Source of the DNA: Mobula hypostoma
Lineage: Eukaryota
NCBI RefSeq assembly: GCF_963921235.1
Contig: NC_086108.1
Span: 24,800,001-24,864,000 of the forward strand
Direction of reading: 5' to 3'
Length of the DNA: 64,000 nt
A program made the translations under genes and the position numbers. The notes under the pieces were generated by a model, which made no database searches, was not told the DNA's origin, and was given only the letters and a program-made list of their open reading frames with translations. Within the stretch, counting starts at the first letter, position 1. Every line of letters begins with the position of its first letter. Shown piece by piece: positions 24,240 through 37,019 of this stretch.

Positions 24240-26410
24240 TTTGTTCCTTGCATCTGTCTCACATTCATTTCAGATCACAGCTGATCTTTAACCTCAGCAA
24301 CATTTTCCTTCAGAAGCTCCATATCATTTGATTCTTTTATCAACCAGCAATCTATCTATAGGGTATCTCTGTTATGAATATACTCAATAGCAGCCTGCAT
24401 AGTCAGCTTTAGTAGAGAATCACTAGGCTCAGGATGAAGAAATGCCTTCTCATCTCTGCCTTAAAAAGCTGATCCGAGCTGATTCCTAGTTTGACACCAT
24501 ATTTCAGTGCAATCTCACTAGCCAACAGATAAATCTCCTCAATATCTGCTGTATATAGTTCCTTTGTCTGTTTCAATTAAGTTAGTTGTGGTTCTTCTAA
24601 ATTTGGTGGAGCTCTTAAAGAGCACTCTGATGAATCACTCCACTGCTCTCTCTCTATTGCAAGTCTATCATTTTTCAGCTGAGGTGGCTAGACCTGTGCA
24701 CAAACATTACAGGTTTTTCTGAAATGGGTGCTATATAATTTTGGAAAAATGTTTTTACTAGTGGTCAATTTCTCTTGTGTTTCCTCTGGGTGTTCCAGTA
24801 TGCTTCCACATTCCAGGGATGTACTGGTGAGCAGGTATAATTGCACGGTGCAGGCTCATTGGTCTTGAAGGGTGTTCTATTGAATAAAATACATCTCTAA
24901 ATAAAATAAATTTTAAAAATAAAGCCTAATGAATGATTTGCTTCCTAATTGCTTGCTGAAACTGTACATTAACTATCAATGGTTTGTTCACAAGGGTGCC
25001 TAAGACCTTTTGAACACCAACAACCTTATCTCTTACCATTTAAAAACTACTCTGCATTTCCAATCTTCCTAAAGACAAGAATAGCCTCACTTTTATTTAC
25101 ATTTATTCCAGTTGCCATGCCTTTGACTATTTGCTTAAGCTGCCTGAAACCACCCCCAATCAACCCCTAGCTGAATGTTGTTTTGCACCCCCCTCACAAT
25201 CTACAGTATATGTCCACTAGGCTTAGCAGCATCAGCATACTTGGAGAGATTACATTCAGTACCCTCATCCAAACCATTGACACAATATAAACCAAGGAGA
25301 TGTTACAATGCAAGCAATATCCACCTAGTCACCACCTCCCACCCTACAATGATCTGTTTATTCCTAATCTTTTTTCCTTCCTTTAACCAATCCTTAACTC
25401 AGTATATTATCTTAAATCCCATATTGTTCTATTTTATGAACAACTGCTTCTGTGGCACTTTATAAAATACTTACTGACAGACCAATTTTAACACACCTAC
25501 TGTTCTCCCATTATTTATTCTGTTATTTATAATGTCAAAAGCCTGAAACAGATAGGATAAAATTATTTCCCTTGAATAAATTCATGTTGTCTCAGTTCAA
25601 TCATACATCTTTTTTCTTTTTTTTTAACTTTCACTATAGCTGTTTCCAGCACTTCCATATTACTGATATGAAATTCCTCATTTGATTGATAATTTCCCCA
25701 TTTTCTCTGCCCATTCTCAATATGTTCTCCATTTTCGTGGCCACCTCTTTCACAACTTTGGATGCAGGCTGACAGGTCCTAGGGTTAAATTTTCAATGAA
25801 ATTAATTTCACCTAAACTTTTCTTCAAAATCTTGTGTAAATTTCATTCAGTTACTCAGTTATTCTTACTCACCCTCTTATTTCCCAATCTAATTTCTATT
25901 TCAGTATGCAGGGAACCCACATTAACCTGTTGATATTTTTCTCATTCATTATTGAGTTCATGATTTAGTTACTTTTGCCTTTTCAGTTTCTGGATCACAC
26001 ATTGCCAAAATCTGAAGATCTCCTAAACTCTCAGGCTTACAACAGTTTTTGACAAAAATTATAACCCGTTTCTTATTCATTTAATGCAATCTTTACTTCA
26101 CCTTTTTAGCCAGAACTGGACAATTCTCCTGTTGGATTTTCATGTCTTAAAAGGGATTTATATTTGTGGTAATGAAGGATACTGTCTTTAAATTATTGCT
26201 TGTTCACTATTGTGTATTTTACTGCAGTTCCTCCAACTATAAAAGCCAACCTATGCTTTTTATCTATGTAACTTCCTTTGCTTAGATTTAAGGCCCTGGC
26301 TGAGGTAGATCACTCTTAATCCTCCTAAGATCATTTTTTCCTTTAGGTTCCCAAGTAATTAACCCTTACTGCACAATATTACTTTTAAAATAACCTGTCT
26401 TCTCATTGTT
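24240..26410 (-). mobile_element. Very old, heavily decayed CR1 LINE
   Basis: Residual reverse-strand CR1 blocks in the correct order (gatgaagaaatgccttctcatctctgccttaaa; ctgtggcactttataaaatacttactga; tactgatatgaaa). No intact ORF. Confidence 0.5.
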
Positions 26411-26474
26411 TGTCAGTACAGAAAATAATCGATGAATTTATCCTCCACTGTAACACTGCAAATTTTGTTGCAGT

Positions 26475-27110
26475 TCAAGTTCAAGTTCAATGTCATTCTG
26501 CCAAAGAAAACAATGTTTCTCTGCACCAAAGTGCACAACTCAATACACATAACTCACACACAGCACAAAGTAATGCTGTCACAAGTAAATTGATAAATAA
26601 TAAAATAAGTTCCAGAAGATTGACATTTAGCATAAGGTGCATTTACAACACAGGTTTAAAAAATGAACTACATAAAACTACAGGCACTTCATACATGATG
26701 AAACCTGAGTGGTGGTACTAAGTTGAGTAGTCTCAGGGCCTGAGGGAATAATCTGTTTCCCCATTCTAACAGTTCTCATCCTAATGCTACTGTACCTCCT
26801 GCTTGATGGTAGGACATCAACATTTTTGTGGGACGGATGAGAGGGACAATACAATACACAGCTCTCCTAATAATTACCTTGGATGGGTGGAAGAGAGACC
26901 CAGATGATCCTCTCAGCAGTTCTCACAATCTTTTGTAGGATCTTTCAGTCAGACGCCTTGCAATTACCAAATCAGATGGTGATGAAACTGGTCACAATAC
27001 TCTCAATGGTGTTCCATCAAAATTTGGTGAGAATGGTGGGATAGGGGAGAGCCTCATTCATCTCAATGGCCTCAGCAAGTGGAGATGCTGTTATGCTTTC
27101 TTGACTAAAG
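26475..27110 (-). mobile_element. Rex1-related 3' fragment
   Basis: (GTTCAA)n tail and ctgtacctcctgcttgatggtagg block shared with the many short Rex1-type 3' ends in the window (about 23625-23860, 33940-34790, 50050-50460). Confidence 0.55.
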
Positions 27111-27427
27111 TTATATACACTAATGAAAGACCCCATGATTATTGTGTTATGTTTATTATACGCATCTTTAATTTCTCAATCTCTACTATGCCTATTTTCG
27201 AGGCCCAGAGACATCTCTCACTCAAACTGATTTTATTCCATTCACTCACTCTCTCCCTCTGCTGCCTTTATTCCATTGCTTTCATCAGGTTAAACTCTCC
27301 AGTTTTATTTTTCTATTTTGCCTATCTCCTTCAGAAGTTAGATACCCTGGAATATTTAAGTCTCCCACCTTGGACATGTTGCAACTACATCTGTAATGTC
27401 CTATAGATCACACCAATTATTTCTATT

Positions 27428-27521
27428 AACACACACAAAATGCTGGTGGAATGCAGCAGGCCAGGCAGCATCTATAGGAAGAGGTGCAGTCGACGTTTTT
27501 TTCCTCGTGTTTGCGTTTTTA
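27428..27521. mobile_element. 94-bp Penelope mini-insertion with 13-bp target-site duplication
   Basis: An inverted terminal-repeat piece (27428-27498) plus a forward 3' end (ttcctcgtgtttgcg), flanked by aattatttctatt at 27415-27427 and 27522-27534. Confidence 0.8.
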
Positions 27522-28780
27522 AATTATTTCTATTTGCTCAATTAATTCAGACCTTCTGGTACAAGTGCTATGTGTATTCAAATGAAGAGCTTACAATGGT
27601 ACTTGTTTAATCATCATTCCTCTGCTTGGTCTCTAATTGTGGAATATACTAATATGTTCTTATGCTTTACTTCTTCACTTCGGATTCTAGTTGTCTCATT
27701 AGTTTCCACATAGGCACCTCTAAATTCCTCTCTCCAGTGCTGAAATGTCATCCAGCTGGTTTTTGTGCCAACAACGCAGGATTGAAGATTTACACTCATG
27801 GCTACAGAGATAGTACCTATTTCCCAAAATAACACATCACTGCTGAATTCCTTTCCTGCCCACAATATGAACATTTTCTGTATCATAGTTGTGTGCTCAG
27901 CTTACCTCATTCACAAACATATCAAGAATTGCAAATGTTGGAGAAGGGCTGACACTCCGACAATATTACCTCTCATCCCACATTTGTCCCATGTGCTATC
28001 ACATCCTCTTATCACTCTTGACTGACGTGTTCTACAGTATTTAACCCAAGGTATAATTTAGATTGAGAGATTTGCAGCTGCACAGTACAGAAATAGGTGT
28101 TTTAGCCTTCTTAACCACACCAATTATGATCTCTTTTCCATGCTAATGCAGTGCACCTTCATTTAGTTCGTGCAGGTCCTCCCCAAGTTGCAAGGTTTCA
28201 TCTTTGAGATCTCTTCATAAGTTTGCAAGTCAAAAATGCCTGGAAATATAAATCCTTAGGCAAACTATGGACAACATTTAGATAAACCAGGACATTTACC
28301 TCAACTATTCAGATTTCTCTGCAAGATTCAATAATATTGCCACATATTGAGTTTCTGCAAGGCAGTGAATGCCAGCAGCCGGTCAATCCATATCGCCTGT
28401 CTCCCAAATGCTCATTTGCATGTACAAGGGATATACAATCAGTGCACTTGTAACCTGGAAAGGTCCTGTGTCCCTCAACTATATTTCCTATTCCATGACC
28501 TGTCCAAATACCTTCTAAAAGAGTTGTAATTTCTTCTGCCTCTACACCTTCATCTGACAATGAATTTCATATTAGCATCACTGTCTATGTGAACAATTTA
28601 TCACTCAGACCTCGTCAAAATCTCCCCCTCTCACCTGAAACTGGACTCCCCAACCTGTGAAAATGGCTCTGGCCATCCACTCTATATATGCCCCTCATAA
28701 TCCTATCCTATAGATCCCAACTCCATCCCCCACAACTTACCCAATATTTTATGGTAAATAAAGACATCTATTTCAGGCAG

Positions 28781-30335
28781 CATAAGAACATAAGAAATAG
28801 GAGCAGGAGTAGGCTATCCAGCCCTTCGTGCCTGCCCTGCCATTCAATAAGATCATGGCTGATCTGTCCGTAAACTCAGCTCCATCTACCTGCCTTTTCC
28901 CCATAACCCTTAATTCCCTTACTATGTGAAAACCTATCTAACTGCTTCTTAAATATATTTAGTGAAGAAGTCTCAACTGCTTCCCTGGGCAGAGAATTCC
29001 ACAGATGGACCACTCTCTGGGCAAAACAGTTTCTCCTCATCTCCGTCCTAAATCTTCTCCCCTGAATCTTGAGGCAATATCCCCTAGTTCTAGTCTCACC
29101 TACCAATGGAAACAACTTTCCTACTCTTAACTTATCCATCCCGTTCAAAATGTTGTATGTTTCTGTAAGATCCCGTTTCATTCTTCTGAACTCCAGAGAG
29201 TATAGTCCCAGGCAACTCAATCTCTCCTCATAGGTTAACCCCTTCATCCCTGGAATCAACCTGGTGAACCTCTTCTCCACTGCCTCCAAAGCCAGTATAT
29301 CTTTCCTCAAGCATGAAGACCAGAACTGCACACAGTACTCCTGATGCAGCCTCTCCAGTACCCTGTATAGTTGCAGCATGACCTCCCTGCTCTGGAATCA
29401 ATCCCTCTAGCAATGAAGGCCAACATTCCATTTGCCTTCTTAATAACCTGTTGTACCTGTAAGCCAACTTTTTGCGATTTATGCACAAGCACTCCCAAGT
29501 CCCTCTGCACAACAGCATGCTGCAATCTTTCACTATTTAAATAATAATCTGCTCTTCTATTATTCCTTCCAAAGTGCATGATCTTGCATTTATCAACGTT
29601 GTATTCCTTCTGCCAGACCTTGGTCCACTCACTTAACCTATCTATATCCCTCTGCAGACTCTCCACATCCTCTCTATAATTTGCTTTTCCACTCAGTTTA
29701 GCGTCATCAGCAAATTTTGCTATCCTACACTCAGTCCCCTCTTCCAAATCATCAATGTAAATGGTAAACAGCTGTGGGCCCAGCACCGACCCCTGCGGCA
29801 TCCCACTCACCACAGACTGCCAACCGGAGAAACACCCATTTATACCAACTCTCTGCCTTCTATGGGTTAACTAATCCACTATCCATTCCAATACACTTCC
29901 TCTGACTCCATGCATCCATATCCTATTTATAAGTCTCTTGTGCGGCACCTTATCGAACGTCTTCTAGAAGTTCAAGTATATGACATCCACCTGTTCCCCT
30001 CTATCCACTGCACTCATTATGTCCCCAAAGAACTCCAGTAAGTTTGTCAAACAGGGCCTGTTCTTGCTGAATCCATGCTGCATCTGTCTATTGAAACCAC
30101 TCCTTTCTAAATGTTTTGCTATTTCTTCCTTAATGACAGCTTCAAGCATTTTCCCGACTACAGATGTTAAGCTAATTGGCCTATAGTTGCCCGTCTTTCA
30201 TCTACACCCTTTTTTAAAAAGTGATGTGACATTTGCTGTCTCCCAATCCGCCAGGACCTGCCCAGAGTCTAGAGAGTTTTGATAAATGATTACCAACTCA
30301 TCTATTATAACCTCCGCCAATTCCTTCAGCATCCT
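28781..30335 (-). mobile_element. CR1 LINE, 5'-truncated RT and 3' part
   Basis: ORFs 29307-29813 (GMPQGSVLGP, KFADD), 28876-29379 and 29964-30149, with tail cataagaacataagaa at 28781. Confidence 0.92.
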
Positions 30336-30375
30336 AGTGAATTTCTTTTTCACTCTTTCTACTGCTATCAGATCC

Positions 30376-30637
30376 GGCTGGTGGCGTAGTCGCATCAGCG
30401 TCGGACTTCGGGACGAAAGGTCCCAGGTTCGAATCCAGCCAGCCGGCTCCCCTGCGTGCTTTCCATCTGTGCTGAGTTACGAGCTGGTGATCTCTTTGGA
30501 AACTCACCCTGCAGAAGGCAATGGCAAACCACTGCCGAAACTTGCCTCATACGCGAATCCCCGCTACATCAGAGAGGCGTGGAGGGAAATCGTCCACTAA
30601 CAAGAGGAACTCCGGATGCGATGCACCTTTCCTTTTC
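30376..30637 (+). mobile_element. tRNA-derived SINE with RTE-like internal motif
   Basis: A-box TGGCGTAGTCG, B-box GGTTCGAATCC, GAAGGCAATGGCAAACCACT motif and (CCTTT)n tail. Imperfect 17-bp flanking repeat at 30359-30375 and 30638-30654. Confidence 0.8.
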
Positions 30638-32189
30638 CTACAGCTATCACAGCCTTCCTGTAGTGGAGAAGTTCCTCCTCATCTCCACCTTAAATTTACT
30701 TCCCAAATCTTGAGCTTCAAATAATAAAACTGTATTTTTGTCCCTCATCTTATTCAGTTCCCATGTTCACCATCATTCACATTCTTCGGTCGTGATAAAC
30801 TGTACCTACTCTCCCACAGCAGAAATAAGCTATATATTTTAAAAAATTTATGTTTATAAGCATCAATCCTAACTTTTATAACTGCTCAAATTGTACAGCA
30901 ATGCAGTGATTAGTAACACATTAGCAACCTATGCATTGAACTTGCTGTTACATCAGCAAATTCTGACAATAGCTAAAAGAATGTGACAGAACAAACTCTT
31001 TAAGCAAGTTACAAAAACTACTTCTATGAAACAGTGAATAAAGGATCCCCTTCAAACTATCTGACAGAACAAGTCAAATAGAGTTTAATAATATCTGCTT
31101 TAATAACTTAGCCAACAATGGCCAGTCCTTAAATCACATCAACAGAGAAAACAGTTACCTCACAGCTGTTTCTTTAATTATGACAATAGATTTTCTCTAA
31201 ATCCTGATATCTTGTAAATTCAGACAAGTTTCATAAAAACAGTTTATGTATATTGCCAAGGTACACTCTTAACTTCATCCATGACTTTCAAGCAACACTA
31301 ACGACAGATGGCACTATATTACCCTGAACAGGTGTTGTTCAAACATCTTCATCAATTTACATCTCTTCATAATGACGACAGCATTCAAAAGCCATAACCT
31401 GGGCAGTGATGTTCTCCAGAATAGGGATCTGGAAAGTTGCATTAAGCGTGCCCCAATCTGATCGATCAACTAACCATCATATAGTTTGTGTGATTGGTAA
31501 ATCCTAAATTCTATGCCAGGAGCATCAGTTATAACCTAACTTGCTAAATCATTGCTCAGGTCCCTCTTGCCATGAGCCAACAGCAAACCTCCATGAAATA
31601 TTAATGAGTTTCCTCGTGCCACACAATAGTTCTTGACAAAATATAATGATGAATTATTTCCCCCTCTCGGTTCATTATATGCAATCACATTGGCTATCGT
31701 GCAATTAATAAACCATTAAAAAGGTTAAATAACATTCAAATTGATCGTATAGTAATCACATTGTACAAGGGCTGAATGTGATATAAACTGAGGAAAATCA
31801 CCTTGTAGAGTAGTTTAGAAATAAAATCAGTTTGACATTCAATTCCTAAAACTTATTTACTGTTTGTTATGCCACTGGTGCTTCAAGCAGCAATGAAGGT
31901 CCTCTATCTCTGCTTGACTGTCACACACAGACACAGAAGGATGCTTCATTGCTGTTTTCATACATTATGTTGAATCAGGTTTGCAAGTCCGGCAAGTGAG
32001 GTAGGAAATGCACTGACTTGGAAAGGTATATTAATCATTTATTTACAAACAGTAAATACTCAACCAAACATTCATGTTCCCCAAGCTACAGACCCTTCAA
32101 ATCTGAATATTCAACAAACACACATATATTCAGCAAATGCAAGTGCTTGCAGAGCATACCTTCCCAATCGTCATGTGCATCTTTGCCTT

Positions 32190-32705
32190 AAACATAAGAA
32201 CATAAGAATAGGAGCAGGAGTAGGCCATCTGGCCCGACAAGCCTGCTCTGCCATTCAATAAGATCATGGCTGATCTGACCATGGACCGAACTCCACCTAC
32301 TGCCTTTTCCCCATAACCCTTAATTCCTCTACTATACAAAAATCTATTCAACCTTGTCGTAAGTATATTTACAGAGGTAGCCTCTACTGATTAATTGGGC
32401 AGAGAATTCCACAGATTCAACATTCTCTAAGAAAAGCAGTTCCTCCTCATCTCCATCCCAAATATACTCCTCTGAATCTTGAGACTATTTCACCTAGTTC
32501 TAGTCTCACCTACCAGTGGAAACAACTTTACCGCCTCTATCTTATCCATCCCTTCTATAATTTTATATATTTCTATCAGATCTCCTCTCATTCTTCTGAA
32601 TTCTAATGAGTAAAGTCCTAGGCAACTCAATCCCTCCTCATCGTCTAACCCCCTCACCTCTGGAATCATCCTGTTGAACCTCCTCTGCACTGCCTCCCAA
32701 GCCTC
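32190..32705 (-). mobile_element. CR1 LINE 3' fragment
   Basis: ORFs 32490-32690 and 32130-32351 match the CR1 C-terminus; aacataagaacataagaa tail. Confidence 0.88.
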
Positions 32706-33224
32706 CTAAACAAAGGAAGAAGAGAGCAACCTCCTTCCACGTGCTATTTTATATACCCAGGATATTTGAAAATGGATACCAGGCAGCTATCCGATTTGAA
32801 AAGCAGCTGCAGTTTCTAAAATAACCTATCACAATGGAAGCAACTTCTGACAATCAGAATAAGGCACGTCCCCACAGGACACTCCATCCCTTGGAAGTTG
32901 CAAATGTGATGATCCAACTCTCAAACTAGTATGACTCTCATGAATTCACAACTAAGTTACACATAAAATACAAGAGTACAATACCCAGTACTGTCAGCCC
33001 GATAGTCATGTCCCAGTGTACTACAGTAGTCCGCTAGCCTCACTGTGCCCTAAAAGGACACCAGCCCCACCCTGCAGTGTAATAGTCAATGAGCTGCTCC
33101 CCCACTTAATCTTGGTTCTGAGGTATGATCAACCAGGTGATTGATATTCACCAACCTATCAGGAATATAAGTGCAGCATTTGACAATTGGAATAAGGCAT
33201 GCCCCTACAGGACGCCATAAAATT

Positions 33225-33450
33225 TAATTTTTGGCCAGTCGGGGATGTTAGCCCTGAGATGAACCTCTGAACCTGGAGGACCAGTGAATCACTTTTAATC
33301 TGGCTTCTACCTTTTGACCTCTTTGACATGGGTGACCCTTCCAAGAGTCAAAGCTCAAGGCTCTAACTCTAGTCAACATAGATTTCCAAGTCATTGAGGC
33401 ATGCAAGCCTTCAAACCCTACAACAAGTTTGTAGTCCTCTTCGAGGAATT
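33225..33450 (-). mobile_element. RTE-derived non-autonomous element (5' part)
   Basis: Colinear with 60890-61150 (gttagccctga...catgggtgacc...catgcaagccttcaaac). The matching 3' part lies at about 31850-31970. Confidence 0.6.
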
Positions 33451-33939
33451 CCTAAAAGCCTGATAAGAATTGAGTTAAAATCCTTTCCCTTCAAAAATTA
33501 AGCTATACATTTTCAAAATATAGCTTTCTGTTTGTTTCCATAAGCCATAGGAGCAGAATTAGGTCATTTGACCCATCAAGTCTGTCGCACTATTCCATCA
33601 TTGCTGATTTAATATCCCTCTCATCCCCATTGTCCTGCCTTCTCCCCTTAACCTTTGACACCCTGATTAATCAAAAACCTATCAACTTCCATTTTAAATA
33701 TTCCCGGTAGTTTGCCCCCCACAGCCATTTTGGTCTTGGCATCGAATCGCACAGAGTTACCACCCTCTCTCTGTCTAAAGAAATTCCTCCTCATCTAAAG
33801 GGACAACCTTGTATTCTGAGGCAAACTGTGGGACAAGTCTTAGTGTTTGGTGAGGCCAGAGATCTCACACTGGGGTCAGATCTTCGAGTGGTATGTGTTC
33901 AGGGGTCAGCGGTCACAGTCAAAGATCAAAAAGTTCAAA

Positions 33940-34790
33940 GGACAAAGTTCAAAGTAAATTATCAGAAGTATATACAACATATGTCACCCTGAGATCCATT
34001 TTCTTGCGGGCAATCACAGTAAATACAAGAAACACAATACAATCAATGAAAGACCACACCCAACAGGACAGACAACAACCAGTGTGCAGAAGAAAAACTG
34101 TAAATACAAAAGAAAAAGAGAGATAAAAAGAAATACTACTAATAACAATAAAAAGTAAGCAATAAATGTGGAGGACATGAGATGGTGAGTCCATAGTTTG
34201 TACAAACTGCTCAGTGTCGGGCTGAGTGAAGTTATCCCTTCTGGTTCAAGAGGCTAATGATTGAAGGGGATAACTGTTCCTAAACCTGGTGCTGCAGGTC
34301 CTGAGTCTCCTGTAACTTCTTTCTGATGGCAGCAGCAAGAAGACAGCATGCCCTGGGTGGTGAGGGTTCCTGATGATGGATGCTGCTTTCCTGTGACAAC
34401 ACTTTGTGTAGAGCTGCTCAATGGTGGGGAGGGTTTTACCCGTGATGGACAGGGCCATATCCACGACTCTTTATAGGCCTTTTCTGTTAAGGGCATTGGT
34501 GTTTCCATACCAGACTATGATGCAACCAGTCAAAATAATCACCACCACGCATCTTGTTTATTAAAGTTTTAGATGCCATGCTGAATCTTCACAGACTCCT
34601 AAGGAAATAAAGCCATTGGTGTGCTTTCTTCATAATGGTACTTACCTTGGACAGGTCAGGGATCCAACTCTAGGGTCAGATCTTTGAGAAATGTAAAATT
34701 GCTGACCCTCTTCACCTCTGATCCTCCATTGAAGTCTGGCTCATGGACCTCCGGTTTCCTTCTCCTGAAGTTAATTGGTCTTGCTGACAT
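33940..34790 (-). mobile_element. Rex1-related LINE 3' fragment
   Basis: ORF 34246-34464 (KAASIIRNPHHPGHAVFLLLPSERSYRRLRTCSTRFRNSY) is the typical C-terminus, with an (AAAGTTC)-type tail. Confidence 0.8.
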
Positions 34791-35236
34791 TCTGGTTTCA
34801 AATCCAAGCCAGTTAGCAGTATGACCAAGTAGTTACTTGACCAGTGGTGAGCCGGCAAAGTTATTTGAGCAACAAACACAAAATGCTGGAGGAACACAGC
34901 AGCCCAGCCAACATCTATGGAAAAGAGTACAGCTGATGTTTTGGGCCGAGACCCTCCAGCAGAACTGGAGGAAAAACGTTGAAGAGTGGTGGGAGAAACA
35001 CAAAGTGATAGGTTAAATGGGGAGGGGGAGGGGGAGGGGGGAAGTTGATTGGCGAGATTAGTGGAAGTTGATTGATTGAGGAGCCCCAAAGCACCTCTGG
35101 TGCTCCTCTCCCTTTTCCTTGTTTGATGGCCTTCTGTCATCTTCTATTAGATTCCCTCTTCTCCAGCCCTGTATCTCACTCACCAATCAACTTCCAGTGC
35201 TTTACTTCAGCCCTCCTCCCATCTCCTGGTTTCACC

Positions 35237-36389
35237 ATTCCCTATTCCCAGTTCCTCCGTCTCCGCCGCATCTGCTTCGAGGATGAGGCTTTCCGTTCCA
35301 GGACATCTCAAATGTCTTCTTTCTTTAAGGATCGTGGTTTCCCTTCTACCATCATCAATGATGCCTTCACCCACATCTCCTCCATTTCCCGCACTTCAGC
35401 CCGCACCCCATCCTCCCATAACCACAACAGGGACAGAGTTCCCCTTGTCCTTACCTACCACCCCACCAGCCTCCGGATCCAGCACATTATCCTCTGCAAC
35501 TTCTGCCACCTTCAACAGGACCCCACCACTAAGCACATCTTTCCCTCTCCACCCCTCTCCGCCCTCCACAGGGATCGATCCCTCCGCGACTCCCTTATCC
35601 GCACGTCCATCCACACTGATCTCCAAGCCAGCACTTATCCCTGTAAGCGTAAGTGCTACACCTGTCCCTACACCTCATCTCTTGCAACCATTCAGGGCCC
35701 CAAACAGTCCTTCCGGGTGAGACAGCATTTCACCTGTGAGTCTGTTGGGGTCATCTATTGCATCCGGTGCTCCCAGTGCGGCCTCCTCTACATCGGTGAA
35801 ACACAACGCAGATTGGGGGACTGCTTCGTCGAGCACCTCCACTCCGTCTGCCACAACAGACAGGATCATCCAGTAGCCACCCACTTCAACTCTGCTTCCC
35901 ATTCCCATTCAGATATGTCCATACATGGTCTCCTCTACTGCCATGATGAGGCTAAACTCAGGTTGGAGGAGCAACACCTCATATACCGTCTAGGTAGCCT
36001 CCAGCCCCTTGGTATGAACATAGAATTCTCCAACTTCCGGTAATTCCATCCCCCTCCCTTCCTCTATCCCTATTTCACTCTACCCCCTCCCCCAGCTGCC
36101 TACCACCTCCCTCATGGTTCCACCTCCATCTTCTACTACCCATTGTTTTCAAGGCTATGACGTCAATGCTTCCTCTCCCCCACCCCTTTGTCTTTCAAAT
36201 TACTGGTCTTTCAACTGAAGCTACAAGCATCCTTCAAATCCTTCCCCATCTTTCATTCTTCAGTCCTGACGAAGGGTTCTGGCTCGAAACGTCAACTCAT
36301 CGTTTCTAACTGATGCTGCCCAACCTGCTGAGTTCATCCAGCATACTGAAAGTGTTGCTTTGATCACAGCATCTGCAGATTATTTTGTG
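35237..36389 (+). mobile_element. Penelope-like element 3' part with an uninterrupted GIY-YIG endonuclease reading frame
   Basis: ORF 35072-36043: IPYSQFLRLRRIC, CKRKCYTC linker, VIYCIRCSQCGLLYIGETQRRL, LGSLQPLGMN. ttcacc is repeated at 35231-35236 and 36390-36395. Confidence 0.92.
36262..36297 (+). ncRNA. Minimal type I hammerhead ribozyme motif in a Penelope terminal repeat
   Basis: AGTC-CTGACGA-AGGGTTCTGGCTC-GAAAC-GTC-AACT shows the CUGANGA and GAAA core, a short helix II and a GUC cleavage triplet. Helix I has one mismatch. Confidence 0.65.
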
Positions 36390-36639
36390 TTCACCTATCA
36401 CTTTGTGTTTCTTCCGTCCCTCCCCCCACCTTCTAACTCTGACTCCTCATCTTTCTTCTCCAGTCCTGCTGAAGGGTATCGCCCCAAATTCTTTTCCTGG
36501 CCTGCTGAGTATCTCCAGCATTTTGTGTGTATTGCTTGGATTTCCAACATTTACAGATTTTCTCTTGTTTGAGAAAGTTATTATTCGATCCATTCGTGTT
36601 CTGACAATGGAGCACATGAACATTTAATAGTTTAATCCA

Positions 36640-36930
36640 AGCCCATAGTTATTTGCTCCAGCAGCACCCAGTCCAGATGGACTCAACATTGCAATACCAA
36701 GCTGTTATTTACCCAAGTAGTGTCCTGATCCAGTAGTTGTCCAGTAACAACCTGACCCATAAGTACAATGACCATTTTATCCATTATCGCCCTAAACCAA
36801 TTATCTGACTGAGAATCTCTTCCCACATATTAGCACCCAATCCCAAGATGGGATTGGACCCAGTGGCATCCTGACAAAGTGGCTACTGATCACAGTAGCA
36901 TGCTGAACCATTAGCTATTTGACAGATAGC
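36640..36930. repeat. Degenerate short-period tandem repeat (ACCCAGTAG-like)
   Basis: Recurrent acccag(t/a), ccagtag and cctgac words with irregular spacing. Confidence 0.5.
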
Positions 36931-37019
36931 AATTCTGAAATCACCACCCTGGAGATCCTGTCTTTTAACTTAGCACCTAACTTCCTGAACTCGCTTTGCA
37001 GGAACTGTTACATTTCCTG

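Larger units (their letters stand above)
34866..36573. mobile_element. Penelope terminal-repeat pair in inverted orientation, interrupted by a younger Penelope
   Basis: Minus-strand repeat 34866-35075 and plus-strand repeat 35090-35236 resuming at 36396-36573. aaagttatt flanks both sides (34857-34865, 36574-36582). Confidence 0.7.
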
